Source of the DNA: Vicugna vicugna
Taxonomy: Eukaryota
Direction of reading: 5' to 3'
NCBI GenBank assembly: GCA_013265495.1
Contig: MU057744.1
Location: 2,679,370 to 2,743,369, forward strand
Length of the DNA: 64,000 nucleotides
The first letter of the stretch is position 1. Every line of letters begins with the position of its first letter. The translations under genes and the position numbers were made by a program. The notes below the pieces were generated by a model. The model was not told the DNA's origin, searched no databases, and worked only from the letters and a program-made list of their open reading frames with translations. Positions 40,560-52,149 of the stretch are shown here, piece by piece.

Positions 40560-41420
40560 TGAAAATAGTGCCTCGTTCTTTAAATTGTATTCATGGCGAT
40601 GCGTGTTTATGGACCTGTCTCTTCATGTATATTGGCAACTTCTCTTTCTTCTTTTGTGACATATTTATCCAGTCGCCTCTTTTTCTGTTGGGCGCTTGCT
40701 CCTTCCTTAAAAATTTGTACCATCTCATGATTTATTGAGGTCATTGGCTTTTATTTATGACCTATGTAACATCTGCTTTTTACCAGGTCGTTGTCTTCAC
40801 TTTTATTCATGGAATTTTATACCTAATACATTTTATATTTTTATTTATTCACATTTACTAAATGTTTTTGTCATTTCTGTCTTTTAAATCATGCCCAGAA
40901 AGACTTCTTTATCACAATATTTTTAAATTTACATATGCATACTTCTACTTTGTCTTCACATTTTACATATAAATTTTCAGTCTGGAGATTATGATGATGG
41001 TGCTGATGATGGATATTTACAAAATAGCCTGGCTAAACACTGTTAATTAAATATATTGACAAAACTATCAATTCCTTTTGGTTTAAAATGATGACTATTG
41101 TATATTAAAATTTGCATATGCTTGAATCTGCATCTTGACTGTATCTATTGGTCTATTTGCCTGTTATGATGCCAAGAACACATTCTTTTCATTAATTAGC
41201 TTTCTACTTTAAATAATTAATAGAGCTTATACCCCTTTATTCAAGCTAAAATTTCAGAAATTTCCTGACTTGTCTTTCATGTTCATTCTTTCACATAAAT
41301 TTAAGCTGTATTTTCTTAAGGTCCATCAAAATTAGATGGTGATTTTAATTGAGATTATCTTAAAATTATAGATTTATTTTGGGGATAATTGAGTCCCTAC
41401 CTTTAGTACTCCCATTTTTC
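40560..41420 (-). mobile_element. Old L1M fragment
   Basis: Degenerate antisense L1 ORF2 3' motifs such as GATGGTGATTTTAATTGAGATTATCTTAAAATTATAGATT. Confidence 0.5.
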
Positions 41421-41634
41421 TGAGAAACATTCTACTTTCACCTGGGAGTTTCTGCATACATGTTATTACTAGAGTGTATGTCTATCTTGGTCATATTTAT
41501 TTGATTTAGGGTAGGTGTACTGGCATTTACTTTTGTGGAGCAGTCTTACAATACTTTTACTATGTTTAACCTCTGCATTTAATAGATTTTCTCCTTACCT
41601 TGATAATTCTATACATTCTTATTATTAAATATTT

Positions 41635-41699
41635 TAATATTTTTATTAAAGAGTAGTTGATTTACAGTATTATAATAGTTTCAAGTGTACAACACAGTG

Positions 41700-41750
<51 letters not shown>

Positions 41751-41997
41751 CCCCTTTAAAATTGTTGTAAAGTGTTGACCATATTCCCTGTGGGGTACAG
41801 TGTATCCTGTAGCTCATTTATTTTGTACATAGCAGTTTGAATCCCTTCATCGCCCCCCCCATCATCTTGCCTCTCTCCCATTCCCTCTCCCCACTGGGAA
41901 CCACCAGTTTGTTCTCTGGTCTGTGAGTCTGTTTCTGTTTTGTTATATTCGTTTGTTTGTTATATTTTTTAGATTGCATGTAAGTGATAACACACCA
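41635..41997 (-). mobile_element. L1 3' end with internal (TA)n
   Basis: TAGTTGATTTACAGTATTATAATAGTTTCAAGTGTACAACACAGTGA...CCCACTGGGAACCACCAGTTTGTTCTC. (TA)n at 41704-41747. Confidence 0.85.
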
Positions 41998-43031
41998 TCT
42001 GACTCACTACCTCAGTGACTACTAGATTATAATCTGGGTGCTTCCTGCTGGTGACTGACCTCATACAGTGACTCTGCCCATCTCGCAGATTAGGAGCCTT
42101 GTGTTTCCGGTATTGCTCTTCATGCTGTTGATTTTACATCTGATCTTGCCTCTCTTCAAGGAAGCGTTTTATCTGTGTGTTTGCCTGCATTGTCTGTCGT
42201 CCTTCATCAGCATCTTGTCTGTAAGGCTCCCACTGTCTGCCCCCTCCCCTTGTGTGGCTCTCAGGGCTGCTCCCCACACCGCTGATCCAGGCTTCTCCAC
42301 GGTCGAGTCTGCTCTTTACTTCTCATGTGCCATTCTCTTCCATTATATTTTTCTATTTTAAAATCATCTTGTGTTTCACTAAGTTCAGTTCTAATAAGAT
42401 TCACACCATCTCCACATAATTTTTTTACATCTGATAGAAAACATTAATTTGGATTTCCTTCCTTAATAACGCTTTAAATATTTTCATAAATGCTTTCTGA
42501 GTTCTTTAGGGAAAAACTTACCTGGATGAATGCATATGCTATAACCATGAAGTAAAATCAATGATATGTTCTAAAGGAATGGAAAATGATGATCTTCACT
42601 ACAGTGTGTACTGATAATGCAGTTTTACCCAATTAAAAAGAAAGATGCAAGTGAATCGAAGCTTTTCAAACATATCACCCTTTTTTCTCCCACACATCTA
42701 TCAAAATGTCAGTTAAACTTGAGAATCTGTATTTAGTACACAGGAAACAATGAGTTTCTGTAATTATATCTAGCAGGATTCATTCACCCACATAGACCAT
42801 TTTACCCAAATGGTGGAAATCGTCACACCTCTGGGTGAGTCCTCTGACGTCATGCCTCAGACTGAGGATCTGCCATAACAAAAAACCTTACAAAGTACTT
42901 TAATACTTTCATAAAGGTAAGTCATCTTTTCATAATGTTTTACATACAAAAGTGATTTATTATACATTATCTCATTTGATTTAATCTTTAAAAACTAAAA
43001 TGGACTTTATTACAATTTCTGTTTCCCCTTT

Positions 43032-43720
43032 TGTGATGGTTAAGCTTATGGGTCCCCTTGACTTTGCTGTGGGATGCCCAGATGTATGGGATATGGTCAT
43101 ACGCTGTTTCTCTTTCTGTGTGTGAGTGGTCTGCGAAGAGGTGAGCATTTGGGCTGTGGACTGAGGACAGCAAGCTGTCCCTCCCTGGTGTGGATGACAT
43201 GGGCGTCATCCAGTCCTTGGAGGGAGGCAGGAGCATCCTTTCTCTCTGCCTTTGTGCTTCAGCTGGAACATCGGTCATCCTGTGCCCCTGAGCAAGTGCC
43301 TACACCGCAGGCGCTCCTGGGTCTCAGGGCTTCGGACTGGAACTGCACCACCTGCATCTGGGATTGTGGGAGCTCTCAGCTTCCAAAGTCACGTAGACCA
43401 GTTCCTTCCAACAAGTCTCTTTGTGCATCCAGATGTCTTTTTCCTCTCTAATTCGTTAATATATAATATATATATATGTATATGTATATGATATATATAT
43501 GTGTATATATGTATATATATGTATATGATATATATATGTATATATATATATAGCAAGTCTTTTTATGTATCTGCTTCCAAAATCTCAAAAGCCAATTCCT
43601 TATAACAAGTCTATATATCTATATCTATTTTTTCTATCTAGTTATAATTTTATATATATATAAAATTTATATATATATATATAATTGGTCCTGCTTCTCT
43701 GAAAAACCATGACTAATACA
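43032..43720 (+). mobile_element. MLT2 (ERVL) solo LTR with TA-rich microsatellite
   Basis: TGTGATGGTTAAGC...CCATGACTAATACA. 5-bp TSD CCTTT/CCATT with one mismatch. Confidence 0.85.
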
Positions 43721-45838
43721 CCATTTACACCATTTTCAGATGATTAAAGGTAGGCTCGAGTTTTTATTTATCCTAGGTAACCCAGCTAGTTTTGAGCTAG
43801 GATTAAACAAATGTCTTTAAATTCTGAGATAATGACCCCTTCCACTACAGTATACTGCTTTTCAATAAGTGATGCTCCTAGATTTTTTCAGTCATAGAAA
43901 GTTAAATTTTATAGATGGGAAGAGAATATATTTGAACAAATGCACCAGCATTCTGTCCTTATGACTTAACACTCCACTTTCTCTGTAGACAGCTGAGACT
44001 GGAGACTACAGCAAAGTAGAAAGTCAAACAGGTCCCCTAAGAACCTTAACCTTGGTTTGTTTCATCAACCTGTGACTTAACTAACTGAATAAGTAACAGC
44101 CAGTAGTATCTGGTCATTTTGAGTCAGCAGAAAGTGGGAAGTAGAACGATTATGCCTGGTCAGATTTTAATACCTTGTTTGCCTTCGTATCATTTTTTGG
44201 TGTCTGTCATGTGTAATTCCTCCCTTTAAACTACAAGCCCTGGTGTGGAAATGTCATTATCAGAAGCTAAAATTTAGGGCTCACAGAGCTCAGATGTGAG
44301 TTAGCCCTCTGCTAAGCAAGCTCTAGCTCAAATAGAAATGTGAACCCTTTCCACAGGGAAATCCCAGTTTCTGACCAAAATGCAATTTGCAGCACCTGCT
44401 GGAGCTTTTGTTCTTCGAAGACTCAAGGGTCCACTGGCATGGGAAGCAATTCAGCAGGGCCAAGAGAGCTGGAAACGGCTGCGCTGAACCTGCCGCGGGG
44501 CCACGGCCAAAGCTGCCCAGAAACCTTGGAGTGCGTCCCCTGCTCCACTGCGCGCCGACTGTGGCCGTCTCAGGAGTACTCCTCTAAATGGCAAGACCAA
44601 GTCATATTCTACTCTTTAAGGACAATTAAAGACAAGTTGTGTATGTCGTGTTTCCCGTTTTGCTCTCTGACGTGCTTTCTTACGAAGTCATAGTCCAAAG
44701 TGGGGTGTTTAGTCGACCATACGGAAAACTTAAGTCATCCGGGCATAAACTGCTATACCAGCAACTGAGACGAATTAGGTTGAGCTGATTGGTAAAGCGA
44801 GTATTAATTTTCGTTTGTAAGTTAAAACCACTGATTACAGGAGCAATGCAACTCCTTAGAGTCGCCTGAGGAAGCAGGGTTCTAAGGGGACGTCGCAGGT
44901 ATCGGGCTGTTTGTGTTGGTTTCCTGAAGTTACTGAGTTTCTAACACCTGCTTTTCTAGAATTTCTCTGTTGATTTCCAAAATAAAAGCAAACTTTATTT
45001 CCAGTTAAAATCGAGTTCTCAGGAAAGAATGGCCAGGCTCATCGTGGCAAAAAGGAAATCATGACTGTTGGCTTAGATGATTTTACGTAACTTTTGATCA
45101 TCATCTAGCTGTGTCTACATGCACACTGTATAATTAAGATGTTACGTGTTTGTATCTGTCACACTATACATGTAGGTGTGCGCAAGCGTGTATAATCTCC
45201 ATCTTATGACATTTAAGAAGTTTTCCCACATACTCCCAAAGAGCACAAATTATTTACCATCATAGTACTTTTGTGCATTGACTTGAGATGAATGAGTTCT
45301 TTTCTTATAAAAATCCTCTAATGCATGACCTGGCTTTCATTACTATAGCCCCTCAAAAGCACATCCTGGGAGCACCTTGTCTGCTGTTACCTCAGATGGT
45401 GCTGATTAATACAAGACACACTATGCAGTGCATTTTATTTTGTGAAGAACCCGTTGTAAATAGGAGGCATATGCACTAGGTTGATGAAAACAATTTTTTT
45501 ATTTTCAATGATCAACTATATCTACTTTCCCCTCTTCCTTCTAAAGAGATACGCATATTGCTGAAGACCAAGACTGCCAGGCAGTACATGCAAGGCCTCG
45601 GTTACAGGCCTGTTGCTTTTAGTCATAGCTCCGTGGAGCGTGGTCTCACCCGAAGCCAAACAGAACGACAGGAAAACAGAACAGGGTGCGACATGTTGTC
45701 TTAACTTCCACGGCTGCTTTTTCCTGCAAATTTTCCTTTGGTACAGTATCTGTTGTTGTTGTTTTTGTAATTGGAAAAGTAAACCCAAGGAATTTCAGGC
45801 CGTCAAGCTTTGTATATGTAACAGGAAAATAAAGATTA

Positions 45839-46136
45839 CAGCTGACCCTTGAACATCATGGGCTTAGAGGCTCGACCCCAGTGCAGTGGGAAATCTACAT
45901 ATTTGCTGTCTTTGCCCCCAAAACAGAAGCACTGATACGTGACTCACCCAAAGTAAGGAATATGACACAGTTTGGATAGAATCAGGTCTGGTCTCACACC
46001 CTGGTTCTCCTGATTTCACGTTGTGATCTCTGAACACAAACATTCCCCCACACTTTCTGTAAAATGGAAATTATTGAAAAACTCCGTGTACGAGTGACCA
46101 ACCCAGGTCAAACCCCTGTTGTTCAAGGGCCAACGG
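45839..46136. mobile_element. Tigger2-derived MITE (MER8/MER28-like)
   Basis: Terminal inverted repeats CAGCTGACCCTTGAACA and TGTTCAAGGGCCAACGG. TA TSD at 45837-45838 and 46137-46138. Confidence 0.85.
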
Positions 46137-46720
46137 TAAATATGCATATTTAGTGACATACATATTAATCTTACCCTGCCATTTACTGATCACCTTATCC
46201 TCAGGTAACCTTTCAAACTATAGGTTTCATTCCACACAATATATTTTCCAAATATACACAAAGGTATCATGTGTCTATATATTCTACATATTTTCTATTT
46301 TATGTTTTTCAAGTATCATCTAATCTATAAAATCCATGTTCAATATATGTATATGTTTGTGTATCTGTAGACTCATACAAATGTACGAGTTGATTTCTGC
46401 TAACCTCTGGTCACAGCCTTGAGAAACAGGTGAAATCTGGTTGGGGGGGCAGGGATGTGGAGAATGGTAGGAAATGGTAAAAAAAAAAAAAAGTCCTTCT
46501 GTCAAAGCATGATATATATGCAGCCAAAACTGAAGAGCTGCTAATACAATGTATAAGTGCAGGCTACAAAGAGAAAACAAATACAGTTTCCCGTTCTGCA
46601 ACACTTCACCACAGAACTGCACCGTATCCCATAAGGGAAATTTCTTCTGCATCGCTGCTGCGAACCTCTCCTGCGCTCCTGCTTTGAGTGTGCGGATGGT
46701 GGAGAAGGCAGAAAACTCAC

Positions 46721-47943
46721 CCCCGTGGTAGTCATGTGGGGACAACCTTCTGCAGGGGCAGGGCTGACATTTAAACCACAAGTCAACTTTTGATCAGGGG
46801 AGACGGACTCAGAGACATGCTCTTCCCTTTCTCTTCACGAGAACCTGAGCCAAGACACGTTGCACATGATCAGGCCGTCAGGTGCCTTTTGGTTAGAGTC
46901 TCCTCTTGGTGCATCACTTGGAAACACATGCTTGTACTGGCTTTTCCTTTTTCCCTGTTTCCATGCCCCTGTTTCTTACCGTGACACTGAATGGCACCTG
47001 CAAATAAACTATTTACAAATAGCCTTTTTTTCTCAGGCTCTGACTTGGGAGAAACTAAGGTTAAGACATAAAGTAAAATTAGAGTTTGAATCAATATAAA
47101 GATGAAATGTAAATTCATCTATTACAAGAACATTTAACCCTTTTTTCTCATAGATTCGCCACAGTTTTATGTTACCTCTTACCATAGAAAACCTAAAAAT
47201 AGGTTACTTCTTTTTGATAAAAACTGACCTAGGGAGAGGAACAAAAACAGATCGAAGAAAGGCTGAATCTTCCCAGAGTCCACAGTCAGTGTAAAATTCA
47301 CCCGAGACATCGAATGCTGTCACAGGCATCTGACTTCCCAGGTGAACGGAGGATCACAGTTGAATTGAATTGTTGTTTCTAAGAGGAAAAGGGTTTTAAA
47401 GAAAGAAACGAAAGCTAGTTACAGTGTAAAGAAACACAGGCAGCAGCTGGGATCATTCACCGACGAACCAGCACTGAGCCTCTCCCGTGTACGGCACCAC
47501 AGGGTCCTGGGTGGAGCGAAGTAATCACTTTAACCTGAACACACGCCCATTATAAAATGCCGTGCGGTGCTGAATGAATATAATAACCGACATTTAAGTG
47601 CATATCCAAACTCACAGAAAGCCTGCACCAACAACGAAGGAAACACTTAAACTCAGAGCAGTGCGTGGAAGCCGCACCCCTGATGGAATCCCAGCCACAG
47701 GGGAGCACGTGTGCTGTAGACCCTGCACGCGTGTGTGTGACTGAAGCATGGTGCTGGGCACCAGAGACCGACACACTGTAACTGACCGTACGTCGATCAA
47801 AAAAACTAAAACTAGAACTAAAAATAAAAATGAAAGCACTGCTAGCTAACCCCGGGCACACCTTACATTTTAAGATGCATCTTGAGTTCAGAGATCTTGA
47901 CACTTGCCAGGTTCACAGCCATCACACCAGCAGAGGTGATCAT
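46721..47943 (-). other. Candidate micro-exon array: 47943-47867 (77 nt), 47622-47616 (7), 47192-47183 (10), 46997-46980 (18), 46749-46721 (29)
   Basis: Each small exon has a Py-tract/YAG acceptor and a gtgagt or gtaaga donor. Spliced in order they give an open frame. No transcript evidence is available. Confidence 0.4.
47733..47830 (+). mobile_element. Short L1 3' tail
   Basis: GTGTGACTGAAGCATGGTGCTGGGCACCAGAGACCGACACACTGTAACTGACCGTAC plus A-rich tail. It matches the reverse complement of the 12920-12990 tail. Confidence 0.75.
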
Positions 47944-48449
47944 CGCTTCACTCGTGGGTCACGATGGCCTCTAGAGGCCCCTCCTGCCTTCTTGACCCTC
48001 TCTGTTTGGTCCACAATGGCGGCCAATCTCCTTTCAAAAATGCAAATCCAGTCATGCTTCTCTGTGTAAAAACTTTCCCTGATTTTCAACTTAGAAAATG
48101 CTTCTTAAACCTGATTTTACCATGGTGCACCCCGACACTCCCCAAACTTAATGGTAAGCGTCTCTGACTCGCGGTGCCTCAGCTGCACAGTCTTGGCTGT
48201 GCTTCGTTTTATCACGTGTCCAGGTGACCCCTTGTCCTCTCTCCTCAGCCTCTCTCGTCACTGCAATGACTCTTGTTACTCTTTAAGGACTCAGCCTTCT
48301 ATGACCTTCAGACGAGGTGAATTGCCCTTGCTTTAGACTCTTAACCTCTACCGCACTTGTTGTGAAACTTCATAGAACTACACAGGATCATCACTGTCAT
48401 TGCTGAATCACTGGATGATGTGTATAATTAAATTTAAACTTATATTGCA

Positions 48450-49690
48450 TTGTAGCACACATTTAAAAAAACCAAAGTGTTAATGTAGAGTTTACAGGAT
48501 CATCAACAAGTGCACACCCACTTTATGACCGCCGTTAGGAAAGACAACACTGTACATGGAGCAGAACGTCCGCCCAGACGCCTGTCCGTCTCAACAGCTA
48601 CCTCTCCATCACTGTCAGTTACTTGCTTTTCTTTTTATACCATAGTTTAGGTATGAGTGTTTTGAACTTTTCAGTCGTACTCTTTATTTTATTTTGAGTT
48701 TATTTTTGCACTTAACATTCTATTTATATAATTCATCAATGCAGTTGTGAAGTGGTACTTTCTCATTAATATAAAAAATCCAATCTATTTTTTAACATTT
48801 TTAGTTTTTTTTACCTAAAATACTGCTATGACATTCTTGAACATACTCCTTAGTGCATATTTTCACACATTTATTTTGGTAAAAAGTATGACTGTGGATT
48901 TTCATTGTCCTAAAATATACATCTATTCAAATTCAATACATAATGGTAAACTATTTTTCATGCAGTTGTAATGATTTAAATTTCACAGCAATATATGGGT
49001 GTTTCCTTCGTTCCAAAGCCTTGCCAATATTTTACATTTTAGCCATTCTTCTGAATACGGACTGAGACTTCATTGTGTTTTTAATTCGCCTTTTGTTGAA
49101 GACCAATCAATCTGATCACGTTTTATTATGTATCATAAAATTAGCCATGTGAATACACATTTTGAAGTCCCTGTGCAAATCTCTCGACTGATTATCTCTT
49201 GGAATGTTCACACTTTTCTAATTTATTTGGGGATGTTATGTATGATGAGTGTGAGGTGTTTCTCAGTTTGAATTATCCTGTGGCTTGTTTTTTCATTGTT
49301 TTAATGGTATTTGTTGATAAAGTTAAGGTCTTAACTGTAATGCACAGTGTTTGCTTCATGTTCATTTTCTGCTGTCAAAAAAGGCCAAATGGTGGTAATT
49401 TCTTATGATTCAACCTGATGGTTCATTTTCTTCAGTCATTCATTTTCATATCTTTTAAAGAAATACTTCCTCACCTACATCATGATATTCTCATATATTG
49501 TAACTGAGGGGATTCCTTGTCCTTCCATTGGCGTTAGTGATGCAATTCATCTGAAATACATTTTTGTGAGACTGTCATAACCTTTCCACTGTCACCCTGG
49601 CCATAAACGGATCTCTCTCGGGGCTTCCTACTCTGTCCCGCTGGCCTATTTGTCTAACATCCCTTCAATAGAACACTCTCTTAAATGATG
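48450..49690 (-). mobile_element. Old L1M (L1ME-like) fragment
   Basis: Degenerate antisense L1M 3' motifs such as TACTGCTATGACATTCTTGAACATAC and TTTAGCCATTCTT. Confidence 0.55.
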
Positions 49691-49714
49691 TATTTATTTT
49701 ATTTTATATTATAA

Positions 49715-50215
49715 AAATTATCTTGTATTTTTATTGAAGTATTGTGAACATGCAGTATTATATTAGTTTCAAGTGCATGGCACAGAGATTTGACATTTAT
49801 ATGGTTTATGAATTGATCACCGTAAGTCTAGCCAGCCGTCTGTCACCACGCGAAGTTATTACAGCATGATGGATTATATTCCAAACGCTGCCCATTACGT
49901 CTCCAAGACTTACTTACTTTGTAACTGAAAGTTTGTACCTCTTAATTCCCTTCATCAGTTCTGCCCAGTCCCAAACCCCACTGTCCGCTGGTGACCACTA
50001 GGTGTTCTCTGTACCTTTGACTTTGTTTCTGTTTTGTTTTGTTTGTTCCTTTTGTTTTTAGATTCCACATACGGGTGAGATAACATGGTATTTGTCTTTC
50101 TCTACCTGACTTAGTTCACTTAGCACAGTGCCTGGTAGGCATCCTTGTTGTCCCAAATGGCAAGACCTTATTCTTTTTTATGGCTGAGTAATATTCCAGT
50201 GTGTGTGTGTGTGAA
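49715..50215 (-). mobile_element. L1 3' end
   Basis: TTTTATTGAAGTA...GTAACTGAAAGTTTGTACCTCTT...TTTTATGGCTGAGTAATATTCCA. Confidence 0.85.
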
Positions 50216-50224
50216 TGTGTATTA

Positions 50225-52010
50225 CTTGGTACTCCTTTCTCATTTTTGGGTGTGTATGTTACAGGGTTTTGGTTTGTGGCTACCATGAGGTTCATGTACC
50301 ACAACCTGTGTATGCGGCAGTGAGTTTTAAGGTGATGGTTTCTTAAGCTTGAGTGCATTCTAAATGCACTACGTTTTTACCACCCCTTAATGTCATATGG
50401 GTTTGACATCGTATTCTACGTCTTTTTACTTGGTGTATCATTTAGCTGATGACTTTAGATACAGATGATTTTACTACTTTTGTCTTTTAACCTCCCTACT
50501 AGCTTTATAGATGGTTGACCCGCTACCTTCACTGTATGTGTGCCTTTACCAGTAAGGGTTTTCTTTCATAGTTTTCTTATTTCTAGTTGTGACCTTTCCT
50601 TTTCTGTTTAACACAGTCCCTTTGTCACTGACCTGAGGGCAGCTTAGTGGCGATGTGGTCCATTGGCTTTGGCTTGTCTGGGAACCTTTTCATGTCTCCT
50701 TCAGTTCTGAATGATAACCTCGCTGGGGGAAGTATTCATGGTTGTTTAAGTTTTTTAATTTCAGCACCTTGAATGCATGGTGCCAACCCCTTCTGGCCTT
50801 TAAAGTTTCTGCTGAAACATCAGCTGATAGTATTATGTGGGTGGGGGTCAGGGGATGGATTCCCACGTATGCATCTAGTTATTTTTCTCTTGCATTTTTA
50901 GAGTCTCTCTTTATTGTTAACCTTTGACACTTTTAATGTGTATTGGTGTGGGTCTCTTTGGGCTAATTTTTTGGAGGACTGTCTGTGTCTCCTGGACTTG
51001 GATGTCTTTTTCCTTTGCCAGGTTAGGAAGATTTCAGCCATTGTTTCTTCAAATAGGTCTTTTTGTCCCTTTCTCTCTGTCTGCTTCTTGGACCCCTAAA
51101 ATGTGACTGTTAGCACACTTGATGTTGTCCCAGAGGTCCCTTAACCTCTCCTCATTTTGTTTTCTCTTCTGGCTGTTCTGAGTGGGCTGTTTCCATTACT
51201 CTGCCTTCCTGGTAGCTGACTGTTCCTTTGCACCTGTAGTGTACTGTAGATTGCCTACAGTGTATTTTGCATTCCAGTTTCTGTAGTAGTCAGTTTTGAT
51301 GGCTTCTATTTTATATTTTTCACGTCTTTGTTGAAGTTCTCACTGAGTTATCACCCATTCCTCTCCTGAGTCAGGGAGCATTTTTATGACTATTCCTTGA
51401 ACTCTTTATCTGGTAAATTGCTCATCTGTTTCATGCAGTTCTTTCTCCGAGGTTTTGTCTTGTTCTCTGGTTTGGAAGGTACTGCTTTGTCTATTTTGCT
51501 TCAGTCTCTGTTTATGTATATTATGTATCTCAGCTATGCCTGCTGGTCCTGAAAGAGTGGCTTTAGTAGAAAACGTCCTTTGGGGCACAGCGGTGCACTC
51601 TCCTCTTGTCACCAGAGCTGGGCGTTTCAGGGGCATCCCGTCTGCGGGCCACCTGTGCCCTCCTATTGTGGTTGGGTAGCAACCCCTGCAGGCACACGGG
51701 TGGTTGGGGGTGGTCCCCAGGCCTGCTGGCTTTGAGGACCAGCTGCGAGTGTGGCCTGCATACTGGTTTGGGGCTGGCCCCCTGGAGCATGAGCCACTTC
51801 AGAGGGGGCACCAGTGCTGACTGTGTGACCCACCAGGTAGATGGGGCTGGAGTGGCCTTGAAGAACCCAGGTGGGTGGGCAAGTTGGGCAAGATGGTTCC
51901 TCATGGAAACACCTGGGAGGGGTGAATGGCGTTATCTAGGCTGATGGAAAGTGACAGAAAGGGTACCCACCGGCGCTGCGCCAGCTAGGTGGAAGGAAGG
52001 TTTTTAGGAA
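50225..52010 (-). mobile_element. Older L1 5' portion (5'UTR/ORF1 region), degenerate
   Basis: CTTCTGGCCTTTAAAGTTTCTGCTGAAACATCAGCTGATAG and GGTTAGGAAGATTTCAGCCATTGTTTCTTCAAATAG are antisense L1 ORF1-region motifs. Confidence 0.7.
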
Positions 52011-52149
52011 AGTCTCCTTTCTTTCATTCTTTTCTCTTCTTGCAGTTTTCCTTTCAGTTGACTATGAGGTATTATACGAAAAAACTTAAGAAATAATTTG
52101 AGGTCAAAATACTATCTTCCATTTGACATGATTTAAGACTGGATTTTAA

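Noticed and set aside
45578..45700. p53 response element (CATG cores)
   Set aside because: Half-sites deviate from RRRCWWGYYY and are not paired.
46175..46217. Minus-strand donor AGG|gtaaga within the array region
   Set aside because: Weak acceptor, and the sequence resembles an old L1M 3' fragment.
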